Shown: one piece after another, positions 1 to 9,998 of the stretch
Numbering within the stretch: the first letter of the stretch is position 1
Layout: each line of letters opens with the position of its first letter
DNA from: an uncultured Ruficoccus sp.
GTDB taxonomy: Bacteria; Verrucomicrobiota; Verrucomicrobiia; Opitutales; Cerasicoccaceae
Assembly: GCA_965140785.1 (NCBI GenBank)
Contig: OZ223513.1
Span: forward strand, 1-43,154
Length of the DNA stretch: 43,154 bases
Reading direction: 5' to 3'
Program-made: the position numbers and the translations under genes
The notes under the pieces: model-generated
The model's database searches: none
The model's input: only the letters and a program-made list of their open reading frames with translations
What the model was told of the DNA's origin: nothing

Positions 1-1203
1 TTGCACCGTAATCATATTAATTACGGATTATTCTTCCGATAGCCTGCATAATATTAGGAAAAATTATATTATTTACTTAATTAGTTGTTCGAATAGTCTG
101 TAAATCATACCATTCCTTTGATCTAATATTCTATCCACTCTATGACTTTTAGAACCTTTAATCTAAATACTCTCGTTTCAGTTAAACTTTTTTTTCTTTA
201 ACTAATAAAAATAAAGTAAAAATTAAAATATTATATTAAACCAGGTGGATAAGGAACACCTACAATAATAACAGCTCTAATTCTCTCTGCAGGAAGATCA
301 ATTCCTTCTGCAATTTTACCTCGGCAAACACATAACATTGCAGCTCCCTTTGAACTCATCGCATCTTTAACATACGATTTGATTTACTCTTTAAATTAAC
401 TAGAATTTTACGATTCTTTATAAAGTCTTTTAATTTAACTCATTCGTTTCAAAAGTGAATTCGTTAACGACCAAGCGGTATAACATTAATTTAAAAGAGA
501 ATAGGAAGAAAAAACAATAAGAATCCCGTTTGGTATTTTCGCAAATAAATGTAAGAAGGATTCACCGAGTTCTGTTATTAATTGTTCGTTTGAACGATTC
601 TCGTAACTGAAATTAAATGGTATGTTATTTTTCCCATACGATAAAATAAAAGCAATAATATTTTCCTTCATATCCTTAATATGTGCATTAGCCAAAGTGA
701 CTTCGAACGGAATTTACAATGATTATGAATACGATTAAAACGGTTACAGTGTACCTGAGGTTAAAATTATAGAATTTACCCTTTTTGATATTATTTTTTC
801 TATTGCTAGTTTAGGATTAAAGCACCAGAAATTTAATACTACGAGATCTGAATCTCTTGTTTCTGGGTCATTACGGATATAGATTTTGAAATGGTTGATT
901 GAATTTGTATCAAAATTTTATTCAGTTTGAATTGAGTTATCTTATTTCATTAAAGTACATGTTAACTAGAATAATAAAAAAAAGCTTTTTGTAAAAAGAA
1001 ATAATAATAAATTTTACATCAAGAAATGCATTCCATTTATCCAACCCATAAGTCTAATAATAAGGAGCCACATCCTCTATAGCTCTTTTCAAGATCTTAA
1101 TATAATTTTCAAGATTTGCGATATTTAAGCCTTAACGGAAAATATAACTACATTTTTAAGAAAGTTCTAGTGTTTAAGGATCTGAGGTTGATGATATTGA
1201 GGT
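1..1203 (-). CDS. Partial eukaryotic RTEL1/FANCJ-like (XPD/Rad3 family) DNA helicase gene, TAA/TAG=Gln code, 3 introns; cut by the window edge and by the junction at ~1203
   Basis: Hand translation of the minus strand with TAA/TAG=Q gives LNFWCFNP, SIILTSGTLQPF, IPNGILIVFSSYSLL, GAAMLCVCRGKIAEGID, RAVIIVGVPYPP and WYDLQTIRTTNQ/AIGRIIRNQYDYGA. About 22 in-frame TAA/TAG and no in-frame TGA; very AT-rich. Confidence 0.92.
44..76 (-). other. Spliceosomal intron (33 nt)
   Basis: GTAAAT...ATGCAG on the minus strand; removal restores the conserved helicase motif VI NQ|AIGRIIR. Confidence 0.85.
202..241 (-). other. Spliceosomal intron (40 nt)
   Basis: GTTTAA...TATTAG, almost pure A/T; removal restores the frame PYPPV-KEKKVQLKREYLD. 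Confidence 0.85.
966..1017 (-). other. Spliceosomal intron (52 nt)
   Basis: GTAAAA...TTCTAG, T-rich; removal joins ...WNAFLD to LTCTLM... in frame. Confidence 0.75.
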
Positions 1204-1871
1204 AAGCCCGAGATGAGGGAGAAAAAAGTTGTCAGGTCCACGCCCGGCGCCAGCGGCCAGTCACTCAGATAGAGCAGAAAGCCCACGTAGGGAAAAATCA
1301 CGGCGGCAATGACGACATCGGCCTGCCGCCGCGCGACCGGCTCCTGCCGGGGAGGCAACCGCACAATCAGGTGAATAAGCCCCAAAAGTCCCAGGAGCAG
1401 GACGTAAACCGAGTCCACGATATACCAAGGGCCGGCGTGCAACTCCAGCCATGAGCGCGAGCCGTCCGTAGTCACTTTAATCGAATCATAGAACAGGCCG
1501 TGATGCCCGTTGGTAACTTGGAGGACCAACGTAACAGCGGGAACAATCCAGATCCCGACTTTCATGTTCCAACTCATCCGCCGCATGCCCAGAAAAGAGC
1601 GCACGATCAGGTACGTCATCGGCGCGATCAGGATGACGCCGGGGTACTCCAGTTTGAGCCAGAAGCGCATTCCCTCCTCGTTCAGGCTGGCCAGCTCAAA
1701 GGAATAGGTCAGGCTCCACCAGCCCAGCGCCCCCATCAGGACCGAAAACATCTTCCCGATACGCCCGTACTTGCCCTGCAGGGTTTCCAGACACAGCCAA
1801 AAGGAAACCAGCGCTGGAGCCACCAGAAAAAGGCTCCAAAAATTGGGGGAAAATGAAAAACCTGAGCCCAT
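1204..1871 (-). pseudogene. HisKA_7TM (7TM sensor) domain protein, truncated at the junction with the eukaryotic DNA
   Basis: Multiple TM helices with WWSLTYSFELAS, LEYPG, TNGHHGLFY, GPWY, VDLTTF motifs typical of HisKA_7TM. No cytoplasmic PAS/kinase/GGDEF follows; the ORF track stop at 1167 lies inside the AT-rich segment. Confidence 0.75.
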
Positions 1872-2032
1872 GCGTCCGGCCAGTCGGGTCGTTGTTTTTA
1901 AACAGCCCTTACGTATCGCCTCCAGCCCCCTGGGTCAAGCGAGGGTGAGCTGAAACTTGGCCGTCTCAACGCGGCCTTCGCTCCGAACGGAGATTGCCCG
2001 CCACTGACGGATGGGATTCATCAAAGCGCCTA

Positions 2033-2071
2033 CAAAAAAAACCACCCCAGCCTGAGCGGGGGTGGTTTTTG
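2033..2071 (-). terminator. Rho-independent terminator (potentially bidirectional) after the PEP-CTERM gene
   Basis: AAAAACCACCCC-N10-GGGGTGGTTTTT hairpin with A/T tails on both sides, about 20 bp past the stop at 2094. Confidence 0.8.
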
Positions 2072-2093
2072 AAAAAAGGCGGGGTCTTTAATG

Positions 2094-2684
2094 TCAGCAA
2101 ACCGCTGCCACGACCCGTTTTTTACGGCGGTACAGGGCCACTCCGACCAGGCCCGCCATCCCCATCAGCAGTGCGGTGGTGGAGATTTCCGGCACAGGCA
2201 CAGCCGAGAGGGTCACGGCCTGATCCGAACCGAGTCCCCAGGAAATCGTCTGGTCGATCACGCCGAGGCTGGACAGCTCGGTATCCGGAACGGTCAGGGT
2301 GCCATTGAGCTCCCCGGAGGTGAAACCGTCGGGAACGTAGAAATAAAGGTTACCAAAGAGAATCTCGATGCCAAAGCTGTTGCCTGAGCTAGATCCCACC
2401 TTGTTATTGAAAGTTTCCGAGAACAAACTGGCGCTCGACATCACGGTGTAATAGTCGTCATTCGCCTTATAGGAGGAGATGGCCTGGAGGGGAGTAGTTT
2501 GGATTCTCGCCATCTCAACGGTACTCTCCCCAGCGAACGTCAGCCCTGAAATGTTGACATTGCCCGAAGCAGTGACCAGCACACTGCTGCCTGATTGCGT
2601 GAAGCTAAGGGACAGAGCCGCCGAAGCGGACTGTACCAGACACCCGGTGACAATCAATAGCACAGAGCAGAGAACCTTTTTCAT
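2094..2684 (-). CDS. PEP-CTERM sorting domain protein
   Basis: Signal peptide MKKVLCSVLL...ASA; C-terminal VPEISTTALLMGMAGLVGVALYRRKKR. Start moved to the ATG at 2684. Confidence 0.88.
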   Translation of the reverse strand: MKKVLCSVLLIVTGCLVQSASAALSLSFTQSGSSVLVTASGNVNISGLTFAGESTVEMARIQTTPLQAISSYKANDDYYTVMSSASLFSETFNNKVGSSSGNSFGIEILFGNLYFYVPDGFTSGELNGTLTVPDTELSSLGVIDQTISWGLGSDQAVTLSAVPVPEISTTALLMGMAGLVGVALYRRKKRVVAAVC

Positions 2685-2899
2685 AAGTACCGAAAAACTA
2701 AGCAGATCACGCGCCATGTAAAGATTTTTACATAAGGGTTACTAATGTATCAGATTAGAATAAGTATTATTTCGTAAAAAACAAGGGAGGTATAACATTA
2801 CCAGATACCCGATATTTATTAGCTATCTCCGGATGGTGCCCCCAACCGCCGTAAAAAATATTGGCAGCCCGGCCCGATGCCTGCAATTCTCGTATCTTT

Positions 2900-5482
2900 A
2901 TGCCCAAGGCGAAGCAAGAAACCCCCATGATGCAGCAGTACTGGAAGTACCGGGAGGAGATCCCGGAGGACGCGCTGCTGCTGTTCCGGTTGGGGGATTT
3001 TTATGAGATGTTTCATGGCGACGCCGAGGAGGGGGCCCGACTGCTGGGCATCACCCTGACCAAGCGCAGCAACTACCCCATGGCGGGCATCCCCCACCAC
3101 GCCATGGACAGCTACCTGCCCAAGCTCCTGGCCGCGGGCAAAAAGGTCGCCATCGTTGACCAGATCGAGACGCCCCAGCCCGGCAAACTCGTCAAGCGCG
3201 CCCTGACCAAGATCCTCACCCCCGGCACGCTTTTAGAGGAGAACCAGCTCGACGCGCACAAAAACCACTACCTGCTCGCCCTCACCTCGACCAAGAAGGG
3301 CTTCCACGCCGCCTGGCTCGACCTCTCCACCGGAGACTTCCAGATCGCCACCGACGCCGACCCACGCCGCCTGTTGTCTATTTTCAATGCCATCGACCCG
3401 CGCGAGCTCGTGCTGCCTGAGACGATTTCGCCCGGCTGGGCGCACCGCGAGGACTTGCGCGACTGGCACGAGCAGTTCGACCGTTTCTGCCTGGAGCATC
3501 CCGTCACCTACGTGCCCGACTACCAGTTTGAGGGCGAGGACGGGGCCCGGCTAGTTATCCAGGCTCTCGGCGTGCATAACCTCAACGGCTTCGGTCTGGA
3601 CAAGGAGCACCCCGCCCTCGGCCCGGCGGGCGCACTCGTCACCTACGCCACGGACAACCTCTGCTCGCCACCGAAAAACCTACGCCGCATCCGCGAGTAC
3701 CGCAGCGGAGGCACCCTCCTGCTCGACCCGGCCACGATGCGCAACCTGGAGATTTTTAAGTCCGCCCAGGGCACCCGCAAGGGCTCGCTGCTGGGTGCGC
3801 TCGACCGCACCGTGACCGCCGCCGGGGCCCGCCTGCTGGAGCAGTGGCTGGCCGCCCCCATCCTCGATCTGGAGGAATTGTCGCGCCGCCAGTTGACAGT
3901 GCAGGCCTTTATCGAGTCTCCCGGCGTGGCCGCGCAGTTGCAGGAAAGCCTGAAGCAGGTGCGCGACATCGCCCGTATCCTGGGCCGGCTTCAGAACCGC
4001 CTGCGCAACCCGCGCGAGCTCGGCGGCGTGCGCGACACGCTCGACCAGCTCCCGGCCATCCGCGAGTTTTTAGCCAAGATCGAAGAGCCCCCCGTGGCCG
4101 CCTTACGTGAGTCGATCGGGGCCTTCGACGAGCTGCGCGGCTACCTCTCCGCCGCGCTCAACGACGAACTTCCCGGTAACCTGGCCGACGGCGGCGTGGT
4201 CCGCAACGGCTTTGACACCGAGCTGGACCGCCTGCGCGGCCTCACCCGCGACAACAAAACCTGGATCAGCGACCTCGAACGCGGCGAGCAGGAAAAAACG
4301 GGGATCAAGAATCTCAAGGTCAAGTACAACGGCGCCTTCGGCTACTTCATCGAGATCACCAAGTCGAACCTCTCGAACGTTCCCGAGCACTACGTGCGCC
4401 GCCAGACCATGGTCAATGCCGAGCGCTTCGTGACCGAGGAGCTGCGCCAGAAGGAGAAGGAAATCGTCCACGCCGAGGAAAAAGCCCTCGCCCGCGAGGA
4501 GGAGTTGTTCAAGGACGTGGTGGCACGCATCCTGGCCGAGTCCGATCCGCTTGCCTCGACCGCCCTCGCTCTTTCCGAGATCGACCTCTTCGTCGGCTGG
4601 GCCCAGCTCGCCCGCGAGTGGGACTACTGCCGCCCCGAGCTGGACGGGGGCGACGCGCTCGACATTGAGCAGGGCCGCCATCCCGTGGTCGAGCAAATGC
4701 TGAAGGCCGACCTGCGCGGCTTCGCCACGACTCAGAGCTTCGTCCCCAACGACACCCGCCTCTCCGCCTCCGAGGAGCAGATCGCCCTCATCACCGGGCC
4801 CAACATGGCCGGTAAATCGACCTACATCCGCCAGGTCTCGCTCATCGCGCTGATGGCTCAGGTCGGCTGCTGGGTGCCTGCCACCTCGTGTAAACTCGGG
4901 CTGGTGGACCGTATCTTTTCCCGCGTCGGCGCCAGCGACGAACTGGCCCGCGGCAACTCGACCTTCATGGTCGAGATGAACGAAACGGCCAACATCCTCA
5001 ACAACGCCACCCCGCGCAGCCTGATCATCCTCGACGAGATCGGTCGGGGCACCAGCACCTACGACGGCCTCAGCATCGCCTGGAGCGTGATCGAGTTTCT
5101 CCATGGTGAAAACGCGGAGGGACCGCGCACGCTTTTCGCCACGCACTACCACGAGATCACCCAGCTTGAGCGCACCCTGCCCCGCCTGCGCAACTACTCG
5201 GTCTCGGTCAAGGAGTGGGCGGACGAGATCCGCTTCTTGCACACCGTGGTGGCCGGGGCGGCGGACCGCAGCTACGGCATTCAGGTCGCCCGCCTGGCCG
5301 GGCTGCCGCAGAAAGTCATCGAGCGGGCCCGCGTCATTCTCCACGAGCTGGAAAACGAGGGCAACGTCCTCCAGCAGACGTTACGCGAGCCTGAAGCCCG
5401 CCCCCAGCCGAAGCCCAGACGCAAGCCCGCCCCCCCGCCCACCGGCGAGGACGACGGCGCCGGGCAGCTCGACCTGTTCTAG
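2900..5482 (+). CDS. mutS: DNA mismatch repair protein MutS
   Basis: TPMMQQY, GDFYEMF, TGPNMAGKSTY, STFMVEM, DEIGRGTSTYDG, FATHYHE and C-terminal QLDLF clamp-binding motif. Confidence 0.98.
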   Translation: MPKAKQETPMMQQYWKYREEIPEDALLLFRLGDFYEMFHGDAEEGARLLGITLTKRSNYPMAGIPHHAMDSYLPKLLAAGKKVAIVDQIETPQPGKLVKRALTKILTPGTLLEENQLDAHKNHYLLALTSTKKGFHAAWLDLSTGDFQIATDADPRRLLSIFNAIDPRELVLPETISPGWAHREDLRDWHEQFDRFCLEHPVTYVPDYQFEGEDGARLVIQALGVHNLNGFGLDKEHPALGPAGALVTYATDNLCSPPKNLRRIREYRSGGTLLLDPATMRNLEIFKSAQGTRKGSLLGALDRTVTAAGARLLEQWLAAPILDLEELSRRQLTVQAFIESPGVAAQLQESLKQVRDIARILGRLQNRLRNPRELGGVRDTLDQLPAIREFLAKIEEPPVAALRESIGAFDELRGYLSAALNDELPGNLADGGVVRNGFDTELDRLRGLTRDNKTWISDLERGEQEKTGIKNLKVKYNGAFGYFIEITKSNLSNVPEHYVRRQTMVNAERFVTEELRQKEKEIVHAEEKALAREEELFKDVVARILAESDPLASTALALSEIDLFVGWAQLAREWDYCRPELDGGDALDIEQGRHPVVEQMLKADLRGFATTQSFVPNDTRLSASEEQIALITGPNMAGKSTYIRQVSLIALMAQVGCWVPATSCKLGLVDRIFSRVGASDELARGNSTFMVEMNETANILNNATPRSLIILDEIGRGTSTYDGLSIAWSVIEFLHGENAEGPRTLFATHYHEITQLERTLPRLRNYSVSVKEWADEIRFLHTVVAGAADRSYGIQVARLAGLPQKVIERARVILHELENEGNVLQQTLREPEARPQPKPRRKPAPPPTGEDDGAGQLDLF

Positions 5483-5538
5483 GCGGCGTTGGATTCGTCA
5501 CTTCCGGTTTGCCCGGCGGGGAATTTAGACTATAGCTC

Positions 5539-6330
5539 ATGGATATGAAAGCTCTGCTCGCGCTCGCTCTGCTGCTTAATGTCTCTCCCTTCGACGAACC
5601 CAGAATGGTCCAGTACTCGACCATCGACGCCTTTTTAGCAGGGGTTTACAACGGCCAGCTCACCGTGGCCGAGCTTCAGGGAAAGGGCGACTTCGGCATC
5701 GGAACGTTTAACGGCATCGACGGCGAGTTGTTCATGCTCGACGGGGAGGTGATCCAGATCCCCGCCCTGGGCAACGCCCACCCCGCCAAGGGGGACATGC
5801 TGATCCCTTTCGCCACCTTCTGCACCTTCCAGCCCGGCCACACCGCATCCATTGATGGCCCGGCCGACGCCGAGGCCGTTTGCAAGACGATCGAGAACCG
5901 GATGTTTCCCAACCCAAATGTCTTCTACGCGATCAAACTCGAAGGTACTTTCAGCGAAGTCGTCGCCCGCGCCCCGCGCAAAATGAGCAAGCCCGACGCC
6001 GCCATCAGCGAGATCATCGACACGCAGTCCGTCTTTACCTTCAAAAACATCGAGGGGACGATGGTCGGCTTCTGGTGCCCGAAGTTCGTCAGCGGCATCA
6101 ATATTGGCGGTTGGCACATGCATTTTCTCTCCAAGGACAAGACCCGGGGCGGGCACGTGCTCGATTATCAAATCGGCCAGATCGATGTCTCCGTCATGGA
6201 AATGATGAGCTTCGAGGTCATTCTGCCGCGTGAGTCGGCCTACTATCAGGCAGAGTTGGACATGGACCGCGCCGAAATCCGCACCCAGATCGAAAGGTCC
6301 GAGGTCGGCCCCCGCAACCATCCCAAATAA
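5539..6330 (+). CDS. budA: Alpha-acetolactate decarboxylase with N-terminal signal-like peptide
   Basis: QYSTIDAFLAGVYNG, GDFGIGTFNGIDGE, GWHMHF...GGHV zinc-binding motif. Confidence 0.9.
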   Translation: MDMKALLALALLLNVSPFDEPRMVQYSTIDAFLAGVYNGQLTVAELQGKGDFGIGTFNGIDGELFMLDGEVIQIPALGNAHPAKGDMLIPFATFCTFQPGHTASIDGPADAEAVCKTIENRMFPNPNVFYAIKLEGTFSEVVARAPRKMSKPDAAISEIIDTQSVFTFKNIEGTMVGFWCPKFVSGINIGGWHMHFLSKDKTRGGHVLDYQIGQIDVSVMEMMSFEVILPRESAYYQAELDMDRAEIRTQIERSEVGPRNHPK

Positions 6331-7287
<957 letters not shown>

Positions 7288-7335
7288 AGCTTTACAACTG
7301 AATGATCGCCATTCTCGATCCGAACAGGATGATCG

Positions 7336-7465
7336 TTAACCGCAAATGACGCGAAGAACGCGACGGAATCCAGCAGTCTTCACGTCCTCTTTCAGCTACT
7401 TTAATCTCGGAAACTCTCAACCTTTTTTTTGTATTCTTCGCGCTCTTCGCGTCCTTTGCGGTTAA
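7336..7465. repeat. 130-bp inverted-repeat element, TTAACCGCAAAG family, copy 1
   Basis: Left arm TTAACCGCAAATGACGCGAAGAACGCGA versus reverse complement of right arm TTAACCGCAAAGGACGCGAAGAGCGCGA (26/28 match). Confidence 0.85.
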
Positions 7466-7501
7466 ACAAATTCTCTCCACCCGTATTCATTTTCCACGAC
7501 C

Positions 7502-8527
7502 ATGACATCCCGTGAAAGATTTCTCGCCGCCGTGCGGGGTGAGGTGCTCCAGCGCCCGCCGATGTGGCTGATGCGCCAGGCCGGACGCTACCTGCCCGAG
7601 TACCGCGCTCTTAAGCAGAAGCACGACTTCCTCACCCTGGCCAAGACCCCCGCGCTGGCCACCGAGGTCACGCTCCAGCCGATCCGGCGCTACGGCTTCG
7701 ACGCGGCTATCATCTTTTCCGACATTCTCGTCATCCCCGAGGCCATGGGCCAGCCCTACCACTTCCGCGAGCAGGGCGGTATCGGCATGGACTATGCGTT
7801 GGAAACTGAAAAGCAGATCGACGCCCTCACGCCGAAGGCCGTGCGCGAGCGGCTCGACTACGTGCCCCAGGCGCTGCGCCTGGCCCGCGGCGAACTCGGC
7901 CCGGACCACGCGCTGCTGGGCTTCGGCGGCTCGCCCTGGACCTTGGCCGCCTACATGGTGCAGGGCGGCAGCGCCGAGGGCTTCCCGCGCCTGCTCGCTT
8001 TCGTCAGGGAGGAGCCCGCCCTCTTCGAGCGGCTGATGGAAAAGCTCACCACTGCGCTGACCGAGTATTTCCTCATGCAGATCGAGGCCGGGGCGGACGC
8101 GATCCAGATCTTTGACAGCTGGGCGGCGCTGGCCCCGGCGGACGCCTACGAGGATGTATCCATTAAATGGATACGCGAGATCATCACACGCCTGCCGAAG
8201 AACTTCCCGATCATCCTCTATGCCAAGGGCCGGGCGCACGAGCGCGAAGCGCTGCTCTCCAGCGGGGCCACCGTGCTCAGCCTGGACTGGACGGTAAATC
8301 TGCCGACCTATCGCGAAGGGTTAAAAAATCCCCCCGCCCTTCAGGGCAATCTCGACCCCGCCATCCTCGACACCACCGAGGCGGCGACCCGCGAGGCCGT
8401 CACCGCGCTGCTGACCTCCATGCGCGGCCAGGGCGGGTATATTTTTAACCTCGGGCACGGCATCCACCCGCAAGCAAAGGTTGAAAATGTGGCCGCGCTG
8501 GTCGAGACTGTGAAAACCTTCCAATGA
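7502..8527 (+). CDS. hemE: Uroporphyrinogen decarboxylase
   Basis: PMWLMRQAGRYLPEY, DAAIIFSDIL, GSPWTLAAY, IFNLGHGI. Confidence 0.97.
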   Translation: MTSRERFLAAVRGEVLQRPPMWLMRQAGRYLPEYRALKQKHDFLTLAKTPALATEVTLQPIRRYGFDAAIIFSDILVIPEAMGQPYHFREQGGIGMDYALETEKQIDALTPKAVRERLDYVPQALRLARGELGPDHALLGFGGSPWTLAAYMVQGGSAEGFPRLLAFVREEPALFERLMEKLTTALTEYFLMQIEAGADAIQIFDSWAALAPADAYEDVSIKWIREIITRLPKNFPIILYAKGRAHEREALLSSGATVLSLDWTVNLPTYREGLKNPPALQGNLDPAILDTTEAATREAVTALLTSMRGQGGYIFNLGHGIHPQAKVENVAALVETVKTFQ

Positions 8528-9888
8528 ACCGCACCGCTTTTCCCGAGGACGAACTGATCGCCAAGTACAACCGGCCGGGGCCGCGCTATACCTCCTACCC
8601 GCCCGCCACGCATTTCTCCCCCGAGGTTTCCAAGGACAAACTCCTCGACGAGGTTCGGGCGGGCACCGGGCCACTCTCGCTCTACCTGCACCTGCCCTTC
8701 TGCGAGAGCCAGTGCTGGTTCTGCGGCTGCCACACCATCACCACCACCAATCACGCCCGCGCCGACGCCTACCTGGACGATCTGGAAAAGGAGCTGGCGC
8801 TGTTTTACCCACTACTCAAGCCCGGACGACAGGCGGCGCAGTTGCACTTCGGCGGGGGCACGCCGAACTTTTTCACCCCGGCCCAACTCGACCGCCTGAG
8901 CGGGCTGTTGGAGGAAAACTTCACCTTCGAGGCGCAGGCCGAGTGCAGCGTGGAGCTGGACCCGCGACGGCTGACCCGCGAGCACGTGGCCGCCTTTGCC
9001 CGGATGGGCATGCGGCGGGCGTCCTTTGGCGTGCAGGACTGCGATCCGCAGGTACAGGCGGCCATTCACCGCATCCAGCCCCCCGAGACGAACCGCCGCT
9101 GTGTCGAATTTCTTCGCGAGGCGGGGTTTTCATCGCTCAACATCGATCTGATCTACGGCCTGCCCCGGCAGAGCCCCGAGTCCTTTAAGCAGACGCTGGA
9201 CGAGGTGCTGGCGCTGGAGCCGGAGCGCTTCGCCATCTTTAACTACGCGCACGTGCCCTGGATCAAGCCCGCCCAGAAAATCCTCGAAAAGGCCGGGCTG
9301 CCCTCCCCCCAGACCAAGCTCGCCCTGCTGCGGCTGATCGTGGAGACCCTGACCGCAGCCGGGTACGTCTATATCGGGATGGACCACTTCGCCCGGGCCG
9401 ACGACGAGTTGGCCGAGGCCCAGCGTGCCGGGACGCTTCAGCGCAATTTCCAGGGCTACAGCACCCGGGCCGGGCTGGAAATTTGCGGCTTCGGTCTGTC
9501 GTCCATTTCCCAGACCGAAGGCAGCTACCGCCAGAATGTCAAAGCACTGGCCGACTACTCCGCCCGCCTGACCGGGGGGCACCTGCCCCTGGAACGCGGT
9601 TATCTGCTCACGAACGAGGACCGGTTGCGCCGCGAGGTTATCACTCGCCTGATGTGTGACATGGCGCTGAATTTCGCCACCTTCGAGGAGCGCTGGGGGA
9701 TCAATTTTGAGGAGAAATTCGCGCCCGCCCTGGCACAGTTGACGGACATGGCTCAGGACGGGCTGTTAACGCTCAGTGCCGAGGGCTTGTCGGTCACTGA
9801 AACGGGCCGGTTTTTCATCCGTAACCTCGCCATGTGCTTCGACGCCACGCTCAAGCCGAGCGAGAACCGTTACTCGAAAACGGTGTAG
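8524..9888 (+). CDS. hemN: Oxygen-independent coproporphyrinogen III oxidase (radical SAM)
   Basis: GPRYTSYP, YLHLPFCESQCWFCGC, HFGGGTP, IGMDHFA, LQRNFQGY; ATGA overlap with hemE. Confidence 0.97.
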   Translation: MNRTAFPEDELIAKYNRPGPRYTSYPPATHFSPEVSKDKLLDEVRAGTGPLSLYLHLPFCESQCWFCGCHTITTTNHARADAYLDDLEKELALFYPLLKPGRQAAQLHFGGGTPNFFTPAQLDRLSGLLEENFTFEAQAECSVELDPRRLTREHVAAFARMGMRRASFGVQDCDPQVQAAIHRIQPPETNRRCVEFLREAGFSSLNIDLIYGLPRQSPESFKQTLDEVLALEPERFAIFNYAHVPWIKPAQKILEKAGLPSPQTKLALLRLIVETLTAAGYVYIGMDHFARADDELAEAQRAGTLQRNFQGYSTRAGLEICGFGLSSISQTEGSYRQNVKALADYSARLTGGHLPLERGYLLTNEDRLRREVITRLMCDMALNFATFEERWGINFEEKFAPALAQLTDMAQDGLLTLSAEGLSVTETGRFFIRNLAMCFDATLKPSENRYSKTV

Positions 9889-9998
9889 GGCGCCCCCTCA
9901 CCGGGCTTGTTAGCGCCCGTTCAGATAAACGCTCAAAGCGGCGCCGCATTTTCGCCCAAGCTCAGGCTTTCCATTTCATAAAACTCCCCTTACTGTCC

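Noticed and set aside
486..695. 69-aa ORF as a standalone bacterial gene
   Set aside because: It is a stretch between two TAA(Gln) codons of the eukaryotic helicase.
1167..1203. C-terminus PQYHQPQILKH of the 234-aa ORF
   Set aside because: Read-through into the foreign AT-rich segment, not a native end.
7292..7480. 62-aa ORF containing TAKDAKSAK
   Set aside because: Translation of the inverted-repeat element.
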